Shown piece by piece: positions 1 through 8,226 of a stretch of 64,000 nucleotides of DNA. The notes beneath the pieces were generated by a model. The model saw only the letters and a list, made by a program, of their open reading frames with translations, was not told the DNA's origin and made no database searches. The number at the start of each line of letters is the position of its first letter. Position 1 is the stretch's first letter. This DNA comes from a virus: the IMG/VR virus record IMGVR_UViG_3300020165_002937; one strand, written 5' to 3'. A program made the position numbers and the translations under genes.

Positions 1-711
1 TATTTTAACGGAGATTCTATTCTAAGAAAAGATTTAGATTGCTATCGGTCGTTATACGAAAACCAAAACCTTAGCCCAGAAACTTGCGCAAGGATTATTA
101 CAGAATCAAAGTTCAGAAGAAAGATGATCACACCCGATCATCTTTTTAAGAAACAAAGTGAAATGATATCTGATATCAACAAGGAAGTGGACACAGAGGT
201 CTTCAACAATTTTGTTCCAAATTATAAAAATTTAGCTACGATAGATCAAATTTTTTCTGGTCACTTAAGTCCGAAAAGACAAGTAATGCTTGAAGCTCAA
301 TTGATTGATTCAATGAGCGCAAAACAAGTTGATGCAGGCAACCCAGATCAAAAGACTATAGACGAATCTACCTTTAAGATCTTTTTGAATAAATTTAATG
401 ATAAATATGATAGCACCCTGCTCAATGAGCAGAAAGAATTGTTAGGGTTTTATATTTCATCCTTTTCTGATAATGCATTAGAACTAAAAGTGTTTCTAAA
501 TGAAGAAATTACCAGGCTTAAAACTGAAATATCCAAAGCAATTACCGACAAAGCGCCAACCATCGATGCCAACATGACTGACAAAGCCGAAAGAATACTA
601 AACAAGTTAGAAGAATTCAAGCTTTGTCAATTAGAGGACAGTACCCTTATTACTATAATGAAAACTCAAAAACTTGTGAAGGAGCTTAACGAAGATGTCA
701 ATAAAGATTAG
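1..711 (+). CDS. Hypothetical head-module protein (5'-truncated by window)
   Basis: Frame of ORF 124..711 is open back to base 1 (YFNGDSILRK...); overlaps next start. Confidence 0.75.
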   Translation, partial: YFNGDSILRKDLDCYRSLYENQNLSPETCARIITESKFRRKMITPDHLFKKQSEMISDINKEVDTEVFNNFVPNYKNLATIDQIFSGHLSPKRQVMLEAQLIDSMSAKQVDAGNPDQKTIDESTFKIFLNKFNDKYDSTLLNEQKELLGFYISSFSDNALELKVFLNEEITRLKTEISKAITDKAPTIDANMTDKAERILNKLEEFKLCQLEDSTLITIMKTQKLVKELNEDVNKD

Positions 712-1234
712 TATTGGTTCAAAATCCAAGCCACAAGAAGTTGTGTTGGAACTCGACATCAGAAAGAGCTTAAGTGGGGATTTCATGATCTTTGATCATG
801 GGGACATCGACATTATTGTCTCACCAGAAAAAAATAAAGTTATAGCTTTTCCAAAAATTACCTTAAATGACTTGGTATATGGAGCGCAAAATAGACTCTT
901 TGAGAGACTCAAAAACAAAGGCATCGTTGTGCCGGAAAGTATTCAAGGGGGTTCTTTTTTCGGAGCCTTCGAGGCAACCCTAGAAACGTCTACGGACGAA
1001 GCTGCTCTACCTTCAAAGATGGCTCTCCTAAATATCTCTAAATTTATTGACGAAGAGCGACCATACTTTGAATCTCTTGAGGCTATTGTGGCAATGGATG
1101 ATAGTGCGTTAGCTAACCCCGACAACACACATTCTACAGAGCTTGGCGAAGTACCACAGAGCACCAAGAAAGGTTCGATACAGCCCGGGTACATCCGAGA
1201 CACTTACTCATCTAACTACATGTATACGATATAG
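695..1234 (+). CDS. Hypothetical protein
   Basis: 179-aa ORF packed against neighbours; AAGGAG upstream. Confidence 0.75.
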   Translation: MSIKISIGSKSKPQEVVLELDIRKSLSGDFMIFDHGDIDIIVSPEKNKVIAFPKITLNDLVYGAQNRLFERLKNKGIVVPESIQGGSFFGAFEATLETSTDEAALPSKMALLNISKFIDEERPYFESLEAIVAMDDSALANPDNTHSTELGEVPQSTKKGSIQPGYIRDTYSSNYMYTI

Positions 1235-1241
1235 GCAAAAA

Positions 1242-1568
1242 ATGGACTTAATAACTTTTATATTATGCGCTTACGGGCTCACTCAAATACTAGTATATAG
1301 CGACATGCCGATGCTAAACAGGCTACGACCCTCAAAAGAAGCAGCAGGCGGATATGGCAAGGTTTTTCACTGCCCCATGTGCATGGGTTTTCATGTTGGC
1401 TGGCTTTTGATGTTACTTTCTCCATTTACAGAACTATTTAATTTTGACGTTTCCGTGTTAAATTTCTTCCTTCTTGGGTGGCTGTCGTCGGGAACATCGT
1501 ACGTATTAAACATAATCTTCGGCGACGAAGGAATAAATTTTCAAAAAACAGAGGTAAACAAATTATGA
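1242..1568 (+). CDS. Small membrane protein, DUF1360-like (CxxC)
   Basis: Likely start ATG 1242 (MDLITFILCAYG); three hydrophobic segments, CPMCMGFHVG motif. Confidence 0.6.
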   Translation: MDLITFILCAYGLTQILVYSDMPMLNRLRPSKEAAGGYGKVFHCPMCMGFHVGWLLMLLSPFTELFNFDVSVLNFFLLGWLSSGTSYVLNIIFGDEGINFQKTEVNKL

Positions 1569-1912
1569 TTATAACAAAATCCGAACTTAGAAAAATATTG
1601 AACGAAGAGATCGCTACGGCTTTAAAAGAAGCGCCAGAACCACCGCCCGAAAACAAGGTACCACAAACTGTAACCGTAACGCTCGAAAGAATGCAGGCTA
1701 TGCTTATGACCCAAATACAACAACTTGATGACTATAGCGAATTAGTTCCTTTTCTTGAGGGAGTACTCACCATGATCGAGAACGCAAACGAGAAAGATTT
1801 TACACAGTCTGAAAAAATCAGAACTTATCTTGATTTTGCTAATAGGTTCCGCAATCGTTCTAAGGATGTCCAACGGCAGGGCTCTCAAACCTCTGAGGTG
1901 CCTACAAAATGA
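1565..1912 (+). CDS. Hypothetical protein with MxITKSELRKILNEE N-terminus (probable head-internal protein)
   Basis: ATG 1565 overlaps previous TGA; GAGG upstream. Confidence 0.65.
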   Translation: MIITKSELRKILNEEIATALKEAPEPPPENKVPQTVTVTLERMQAMLMTQIQQLDDYSELVPFLEGVLTMIENANEKDFTQSEKIRTYLDFANRFRNRSKDVQRQGSQTSEVPTK

Positions 1913-1977
1913 ATATCGATATATGGATCACCAAATGGATGTTGCAACCAGTACGCCACTGTTGTAAGGGAAGTTAG
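1909..1977 (+). CDS. Putative 22-aa peptide MNIDIWITKWMLQPVRHCCKGS
   Basis: ATGA overlap with upstream stop; fills the gap to 2 nt before the protease ATG. Confidence 0.4.
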   Translation: MNIDIWITKWMLQPVRHCCKGS

Positions 1978-1979
1978 CT

Positions 1980-2606
1980 ATGGGTCAGAAACTTTTAAGA
2001 GAATATTACGAGCTATGTGAAGGCGGAGTATGCCAAGATCTGCTAACGGAAGCCGAGAAGAAGTTTGTTGCTGAAGGTGGCATGATCTTGACTGGCAAAC
2101 TTCAAGAAGGTGGCGTCGTAAACGGCAACCGTAGAATGTACCCGCCTGAAGTTATCATACGAGAAGTAAACAGCTATAAGAAATTAGTTTCAGAACACCG
2201 AGCACTGGGCGAACTGGACCACCCCGAAAACAATGTTGTTTCTTTGGAGAGAGTGTCCCACCGAGTCACTGAGATTTGGATGGATGGCAATGTGGCTATG
2301 GGCAAGGTTCAAGTAATGAATACCCCAGCTGGCAAAATTTTGCAAGAATTAGTTATTGGTGGCTGTAAAATGGGAATTTCATCCCGCGGCATGGGTTCAG
2401 TAAGAGAAGAAAAAGATGTCACCATTGTTGAAGATGACTTTCAACTCATATGTTTTGATTTTGTGTCTGAACCATCGACACCTAATGCATTTATGATGCA
2501 AGAATCCAAAAACTTTCAAAACAAAATAATGACGAAAGAAGATAAGATTAACCGTCTGATGAATGATATCTTAATTGATGAACTGGTGAACGATGAAAAA
2601 AAATGA
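1980..2606 (+). CDS. gp21: Prohead core protease (T4 gp21-like)
   Basis: NGNRRMYP, ALGELDHP, GISSRGMGS, FDFVSEPSTPNA motifs. Confidence 0.93.
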   Translation: MGQKLLREYYELCEGGVCQDLLTEAEKKFVAEGGMILTGKLQEGGVVNGNRRMYPPEVIIREVNSYKKLVSEHRALGELDHPENNVVSLERVSHRVTEIWMDGNVAMGKVQVMNTPAGKILQELVIGGCKMGISSRGMGSVREEKDVTIVEDDFQLICFDFVSEPSTPNAFMMQESKNFQNKIMTKEDKINRLMNDILIDELVNDEKK

Positions 2607-3015
2607 TTTAAAGAAGATTATAAAGCCACTAGTGAAAGAGTGCATCAATGAAATATTGATAGAAGAAGGGCTGCTTTCTAGTGTGGTAAGTGAAGTTGCC
2701 GCTGGCTTAAGTGCCGCCTCAGTGTTATCCGAGAGCACACCGGCCCCAACACCAGTTGTGAGAAAAGAGTCCCGCGTGGCTACAGCCAAAAACACTAAAA
2801 AACAAATAAATGAGTACCGACGCCAACTTATGGATTCGATTGGTTCGGATGCGTATAACGGCGTTGACTTGTTTGAAGGCACAGCTCCGATGAACAGCTA
2901 CGAAGCGGCATCTCCCAAAGCAGGTTCAGTTGACTTAGGCGACCCGGCTGATTCGGGTGTAAACATAAGTTCTTTGGTCGGTGACGCATCTAAGATCTGG
3001 CGAGCGATGAAATAG
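2593..3015 (+). CDS. Hypothetical head-associated protein
   Basis: 140-aa ORF, MKKNDLKKIIKPLVKECINE start. Confidence 0.7.
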   Translation: MKKNDLKKIIKPLVKECINEILIEEGLLSSVVSEVAAGLSAASVLSESTPAPTPVVRKESRVATAKNTKKQINEYRRQLMDSIGSDAYNGVDLFEGTAPMNSYEAASPKAGSVDLGDPADSGVNISSLVGDASKIWRAMK

Positions 3016-3019
3016 AAAA

Positions 3020-3271
3020 ATGGCTAAAAGTAGAAAAAAAGCTAACGTAATCGTCAAGTCAAAGGAATGCCGAGGCAATCACGACAAGATGATAAGAAAG
3101 TTTATCAAGAAAACAAAAAAAGAAAAGATTGTCGAAGAGATTAAAGACCGCAAAAGATACAAAAAGCCTTCAGAAGCGAAGAAACAAAAGCGCCTTAAGG
3201 CAGAAAGACTTCGTAAGAGAGAAGAGCGAAAAAGAATAAGAGCACAAGAAAGACGCAATAGAAAAAAATAG
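3020..3271 (+). CDS. rpsU: Phage-encoded ribosomal protein bS21 homologue
   Basis: Basic 83 aa; DKMIRKFIKK...IVEEIKDRKRYKKPSEAK matches the bS21 pattern. Confidence 0.8.
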   Translation: MAKSRKKANVIVKSKECRGNHDKMIRKFIKKTKKEKIVEEIKDRKRYKKPSEAKKQKRLKAERLRKREERKRIRAQERRNRKK

Positions 3272-3273
3272 AG

Positions 3274-3283
3274 ACTATTTATA
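3274..3283 (+). promoter_or_regulatory. Putative late promoter box ACTATTTATA
   Basis: Recurrent CTA(T/C)TTA motif upstream of virion genes. Confidence 0.6.
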
Positions 3284-3313
3284 TTGTATTAACGTAAAAT
3301 TAGGAGATTTTTA

Positions 3314-3757
3314 ATGGCTAATAGTTGGAACATGATACCGGGCATCAACCATGTCGGTGCGTATCAAGTCAGTGGCGCACCATTCGCCGAGGCAAATATC
3401 GATGCAAGCTCAGCTACGCAGGTGGTGGAGTTTCCTTATGTCACTCAGTGGCTCGAAGTATATAACTACGATAACGAAAATGATTGCAAAGTTGGATTTT
3501 CACACCTTGGGGTTGGTAATTTGCCGTACAAAAACACAGCAACAGATAATATAGCTCACACTGGAAAGAATTATTTTTCGGTCCCAGCGTCAGGCTCCAG
3601 CGGTCCCGGAGTTGCACGCATACAAGTTAAAGTGTCTCATCTTTATCTTGCTGGTTCAGATGACATGCATGTTGTAGCCGGCCTCACGAACATTCTTCCT
3701 CGCAGCGCTAGCGGTAGTTTGGGTCACAGTTGGTCAGGTTCGCTAGGGGTAGGATAA
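3314..3757 (+). CDS. Hypothetical virion protein
   Basis: AGGAG SD, late box upstream, beta-rich with SGS motifs. Confidence 0.7.
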   Translation: MANSWNMIPGINHVGAYQVSGAPFAEANIDASSATQVVEFPYVTQWLEVYNYDNENDCKVGFSHLGVGNLPYKNTATDNIAHTGKNYFSVPASGSSGPGVARIQVKVSHLYLAGSDDMHVVAGLTNILPRSASGSLGHSWSGSLGVG

Positions 3758-3758
3758 T

Positions 3759-4466
3759 ATGGCACAGTTCGGCTGGGCATATGTAAACTGTTCAGATCAG
3801 GGAGGCTCGGGTTCTGGCTCCGCCGGCCCGGCACACTCGATCCAGTTCGTTACAGAATCAGGTGGCGCCACCACTGGCTCCGCTTATTTGACATATTATA
3901 CCGGTTCTACATCCGGAGGCACGCCCGGCCGCTCTGGTCACACCTTATACTTAACCGGCACGCTCATCGTTACTGGCGCCATCTCAGCGAGCAGCTATCA
4001 TATAGCAAACATCACCCAGATTGGCACTACAGGTTCGACCTTCTTCGGTAACACAAACGACGATGTCCATATTCGGACCGGTAGCTTGGCAGTCTCAAAG
4101 GTTGGTTTTGGTACCGGCAGCTACATCTTAAGCGCATCGGCTCATGACGAGTCCGTTCGCGTACGCGGATTTGGCGGCAATTACACCCAAGTTAACGCAA
4201 CTCCGTACGTTATTCAATCGGCGGATTATATTATAGGGATAGTAAAAGCAAACAATCCAACGATGTCACTACCTCCGCCCTCCGGTTCAAACACCGGCCG
4301 CCTATTAGTGATCAAAGATGAAATGCCCAGCCGCGGCACCGGTAGTATTCACATTAAACTGTCATCAGGCGCCGCAAAAATTGACAATAGTACTTCATAT
4401 GTGATGACTGGCTCGCTACCAGCAATTAACCTTTATTCTAATGGAAGCAATTGGTTTGTCTTCTAA
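3759..4466 (+). CDS. Fibre/decoration-like virion protein (paralogue 1)
   Basis: Gly/Ser/Thr-rich; C-terminal DYII..LP..G..IKD..ID..W domain shared with the next four genes. Confidence 0.6.
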   Translation: MAQFGWAYVNCSDQGGSGSGSAGPAHSIQFVTESGGATTGSAYLTYYTGSTSGGTPGRSGHTLYLTGTLIVTGAISASSYHIANITQIGTTGSTFFGNTNDDVHIRTGSLAVSKVGFGTGSYILSASAHDESVRVRGFGGNYTQVNATPYVIQSADYIIGIVKANNPTMSLPPPSGSNTGRLLVIKDEMPSRGTGSIHIKLSSGAAKIDNSTSYVMTGSLPAINLYSNGSNWFVF

Positions 4467-4490
4467 TTAAAGTAAAGGAGCAAGCACTGC

Positions 4491-5135
4491 ATGGCTTATA
4501 ACATTCTATCCGGCTCAGTTTTGGCCGCTCAAGTTTACCAGCCCGGCGGCCACGTAATTGGCAATATTGTATCTGGCAACTTAAGTACCTCCGATGGTGC
4601 TTCTATTATAAATGTTCCACGTTTGTCAAACGCAACCAACAATTCACTCATAACCAATGTTGGAGGAAACGCAAACACGATAACGTGTGAATCAAATTTA
4701 CTATTTGATGGAGATACTCTTAGTATAACGGGGGATCTAACTGCGAGTATCGGCATCAAAGCTAGCTTTTTCGAAGGAGATGGTAGCCGACTAACCGGTA
4801 TTACCGGATCCGGCGGCGGGGGAGGAGGCCCACTTGATGTTGAACAATATGGCTCAGCCCCTCTTGGCACGACTATATCTTCGTCGGCTGATTTTGCACT
4901 CATCAAATCAGGCTCGACAACAGGAATAGGTGGTGCGATATACACGCTGCCAGCTTCTTCAGCCGGCAAGGTATTACATGTTAAATTATCTGCATCAGTA
5001 TCTAATGTTTCTGTAGTAGCTGCAGCGGGAGATCGGATCGAAGGCGGGGCCCTTACCAACTCTATTTATCTAGAATCAACTGGCTCTGCAGTCACCCTGA
5101 TCGCTTATAACACTAGCGATTGGTGGATCTTGTGA
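4491..5135 (+). CDS. Fibre/decoration-like virion protein (paralogue 2)
   Basis: MAYN start, FEGDGSRLTGI fibre motif, C-terminal domain closely similar to that of 5346..6920. Confidence 0.65.
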   Translation: MAYNILSGSVLAAQVYQPGGHVIGNIVSGNLSTSDGASIINVPRLSNATNNSLITNVGGNANTITCESNLLFDGDTLSITGDLTASIGIKASFFEGDGSRLTGITGSGGGGGGPLDVEQYGSAPLGTTISSSADFALIKSGSTTGIGGAIYTLPASSAGKVLHVKLSASVSNVSVVAAAGDRIEGGALTNSIYLESTGSAVTLIAYNTSDWWIL

Positions 5136-5251
5136 CGTTGGACTTGTATCAAAAATAATAAGATTTAGTGCTGATATGACAAGTAACGCCAGTATTAGCT
5201 TACACCAATAATATAAACGACAAAAGCAGCGACTAAGTGACTATTTAAGAG

Positions 5252-5311
5252 TGGGCAAACGTTAAATTTACAACATTGACTTGTGAGTCAGTGTTGTTTA
5301 ATATTTGTCTA
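5252..5311 (+). other. Long leader hairpin between late box (5240) and gene at 5346
   Basis: acaacattgact/agtcagtgttgt inner stem plus gggcaaacgttaaa/tttaatatttgtct outer stem. Confidence 0.5.
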
Positions 5312-5345
5312 AGTTAAAAAACTTAAATATGGAGGGTTTTTATAA

Positions 5346-6920
5346 ATGGCTTATAAATTTCAAATCGGTCAAGCAGCACTATCAGGTGCCCTTGAACAAG
5401 CCGGCGAGATCACATTCCTTAACGGAAAAGGTCCGGATGGCACAACAATCACTAGGTTGAAAAACTTGGTTGTCTTGGAAGACGGTAACGTCGACGTCCC
5501 ACGACACAACGGCACTATCGGGCTTATGCTCGGAGGCGACGTAGTTACATCGACTGCAGCCGAGCTTAACCTGCTCGACACCGCGGCCGCTGGTACAGTT
5601 GTCAACAGCAAAGCTGTAATCTACAGCAATGCTGGTATTATTCAAGCTACCGACTTCAAGGGTCCAGATGGATTCGATATCGGTAACGCCACCAATGCAG
5701 ATGCATTGAACTTCGCAGCTGCGGAAATCACTGTCAAAGATGGTGTTGATTTCTCGGTTGCTACAGTCGGTGGCTTCAACTACGGCGGTGCTGCGGTTAC
5801 TTCAACTGCTGCAGAGCTTAACTTGCTCGATACTGCAGTAGCTGGCACAGTTGTCAATAGCAAGGCTGTTATTTACAGCGCTGGCGGTATTGTTCAAGGT
5901 ACTGGCTTCAAGGGTGCTGACGACGCTGAAGTTGGTAACGCAACTAACGCTGACTTGCTGGTGCTTGGTGCGGCTAACGTTACTGTGAAAGCGAACAGTG
6001 ATTTAACTGTCGCTAAAGCTGGTGGCCTTAACCTTGCTGACGGCGCAGTTACTTCAACTGCTGCTGAACTCAACTTGCTCGACGGCTCATCTGCCGCTAC
6101 AGTTGTTAACAGCAAAGGTGTAATCTACGGCGCTGCAGGTCAGGTTAACGGAACATCATTGTCTGCTTCTACTGGTATTACTGGTAGTTCAATTGTAATC
6201 GGTCTCGCTGGTACTACAGGTGCTACAATCACCAACACTGGAGTCCTTTTAGGTACCCAACACTTGGCAGTTGGGCCCACCGCAAAAGTATCCAGCTCGG
6301 CAGGTATCACAGGTAGTTCTCTTCAGATCGCTGCCTTTGGTGTAACAAACACTGGCTACGTCAGTATCCCTAAACTCGCAATTGAGTTAGATGCTGATGG
6401 TGAAAACATTATCGGTATTGGTGATCTTGGTGTTGATGGTGCAGCTAACTTTAACGGTGCTGTTACTCTTGGTAACGCTACTGGTGATGATATCACTGCA
6501 ACCGGCCGCTTTGCTTCGAGTCTTATTCCAAAACAAGATTCGACCAGTGACTTGGGTAGTGATACTCTTCGTTGGAGAAAAATCTACGCTGATGAAATCG
6601 TTGGTGCAGATACGACTTTGGATGTTGGACACTATGGTGCGTCCCCGTACGTAACTACCATTTCTAGTTCAACAGACTTTGCTCTTATCAAGTCTGGCTC
6701 TACAACCGGTCTTGGTGGTGCGGTCTACACACTTCCATCGGCTACTCAAGGTAAAGTTCTTCATGTCAAGCTTTCGGGCTCACAAGCGAACGTTAACCTT
6801 AAAGCTGCTGCAAACGACTGCATTGAGGACGGCGTTGCCGCAGGTTCAATTTTCCTTGAATCAACCGGTTCTGCTGTTACCTTGGTTGCTATGAATAACG
6901 AGCACTGGTACATCATCTAA
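5346..6920 (+). CDS. Fibre-like virion protein with internal repeats (paralogue 3)
   Basis: Three VTSTAAELNLLD..A.TVVNSK.VIY repeats; DLGSDTLRWRKIY fibre motif. Confidence 0.7.
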   Translation: MAYKFQIGQAALSGALEQAGEITFLNGKGPDGTTITRLKNLVVLEDGNVDVPRHNGTIGLMLGGDVVTSTAAELNLLDTAAAGTVVNSKAVIYSNAGIIQATDFKGPDGFDIGNATNADALNFAAAEITVKDGVDFSVATVGGFNYGGAAVTSTAAELNLLDTAVAGTVVNSKAVIYSAGGIVQGTGFKGADDAEVGNATNADLLVLGAANVTVKANSDLTVAKAGGLNLADGAVTSTAAELNLLDGSSAATVVNSKGVIYGAAGQVNGTSLSASTGITGSSIVIGLAGTTGATITNTGVLLGTQHLAVGPTAKVSSSAGITGSSLQIAAFGVTNTGYVSIPKLAIELDADGENIIGIGDLGVDGAANFNGAVTLGNATGDDITATGRFASSLIPKQDSTSDLGSDTLRWRKIYADEIVGADTTLDVGHYGASPYVTTISSSTDFALIKSGSTTGLGGAVYTLPSATQGKVLHVKLSGSQANVNLKAAANDCIEDGVAAGSIFLESTGSAVTLVAMNNEHWYII

Positions 6921-6961
6921 TCAATCTTGTTTTGTTTCGACAAAACAACTTGTTTATTCTT

Positions 6962-6996
6962 GGATGCCTCTCTTTACGGGGGGCATCCTCTTTTTT
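6962..6996 (+). terminator. Rho-independent terminator
   Basis: ggatgcctctc/ggggggcatcc stem then T-tract; preceded by a UUCG hairpin at 6927-6948. Confidence 0.8.
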
Positions 6997-7044
6997 GTGG
7001 ATGTTAAATAAAAGCCAAGCTATTTATTGTTGGCGAGGTAAAAA

Positions 7045-8175
7045 ATGGCTTATAATGTTTTAAAAGGTGCAGTCGAAGGGTCTGTTGACCAATACGGCGA
7101 TCAAGAAATCGATGGAATTAAGATATTCAAGAACACCATCAGCGCTAGCGTGTTCTATGATACAGATGCCCAGAGCCCTTGTGCAACTTTGAAAGACGTT
7201 GCGATCAGAGATATAAAGGGTCGGAGTAAAGATGCTTTATTGATTTACGATGCTCCTACCGGCGCCCGAAGCAGCCACAATTTAACTTTTTCTGATAATT
7301 GTTTAGCTGCCAAAAATGTTCGTGCTGAATATTTTATGGGTTCGGGAGAAAAATTGACGAACCTACAGGCGTATCAACTAGCCGGCTTGATAAAAGCGGA
7401 GCAAATTGCCCTAGGCCCACCTTTCCGAGATATAAGAGGAAGTCTACAACTAATGACGACAAATGGTTTGAGAGTAGGTAACGAGGGTCTCGGAGTATCT
7501 TTAAGTTCCACCAGCGGATTGTCAGTTAATTCCAACAATGATCTAGTGATTGATCCAACCAGAACAAGTGACATCATAAGTGATGGCCAAAACTTAAGTG
7601 ATTCTGATTTGCTTTTGGTGTCTGACACTTCCCGTGGCCAAACATACAACACTACATTGTCGAACCTATACGAAAGCTATATAAAAAATAAAATACCACA
7701 TTCAGCTGGTTCCCCTAATGAAATTCAAGTTAAAGGCAGAAAAGGTTTTGAAGCTTCTTCAAATTTAACTTATGATGCCAATAAAAATCTTTTAAAAATA
7801 CAAGGCAAAACACAGTCGACCGAAGTAGAAGTTGAAAATTCACTAACATGCCGCGGCGCCATTATAAAAAATATAAAAACTATTGTATCAAGAGAATATC
7901 AAGTTGAAGCCAACGATTACACAATTTTGTGCGACTCAGTTAAGAGTCCGATTACAGTCAATCTCCCCCCTGCTTGCAACAATAAAGGCAGGGTTTTGGT
8001 GATTAAAAAAACACATACAGATAAATTTAAGTTAAACTCAAATGCGGTCACGATAAAAGTGGAAGAAGGCGATATAGATTTGCGTGATACAGTCGCCATG
8101 AAAATGAACTATTCGTCAAGAACACTGCAGTCAGATGGAGAAAACTGGTGGATTATCGGAACATTAGGTAGCTAG
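7045..8175 (+). CDS. Fibre-like virion protein (paralogue 4)
   Basis: MAYN start; C-terminal NDYTIL..LP..GRVLVIKK..DGENWWII domain. Confidence 0.65.
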   Translation: MAYNVLKGAVEGSVDQYGDQEIDGIKIFKNTISASVFYDTDAQSPCATLKDVAIRDIKGRSKDALLIYDAPTGARSSHNLTFSDNCLAAKNVRAEYFMGSGEKLTNLQAYQLAGLIKAEQIALGPPFRDIRGSLQLMTTNGLRVGNEGLGVSLSSTSGLSVNSNNDLVIDPTRTSDIISDGQNLSDSDLLLVSDTSRGQTYNTTLSNLYESYIKNKIPHSAGSPNEIQVKGRKGFEASSNLTYDANKNLLKIQGKTQSTEVEVENSLTCRGAIIKNIKTIVSREYQVEANDYTILCDSVKSPITVNLPPACNNKGRVLVIKKTHTDKFKLNSNAVTIKVEEGDIDLRDTVAMKMNYSSRTLQSDGENWWIIGTLGS

Positions 8176-8226
8176 CGGAAAGCTACAACTATTTACATTA
8201 ACAAATATATCAAGGAGAAAGTATAA

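Noticed and set aside
5541-6130. Fibre-gene repeats as a DGR template/variable pair
   Set aside because: Differences are mostly synonymous and not adenine-specific; no reverse transcriptase in the window.
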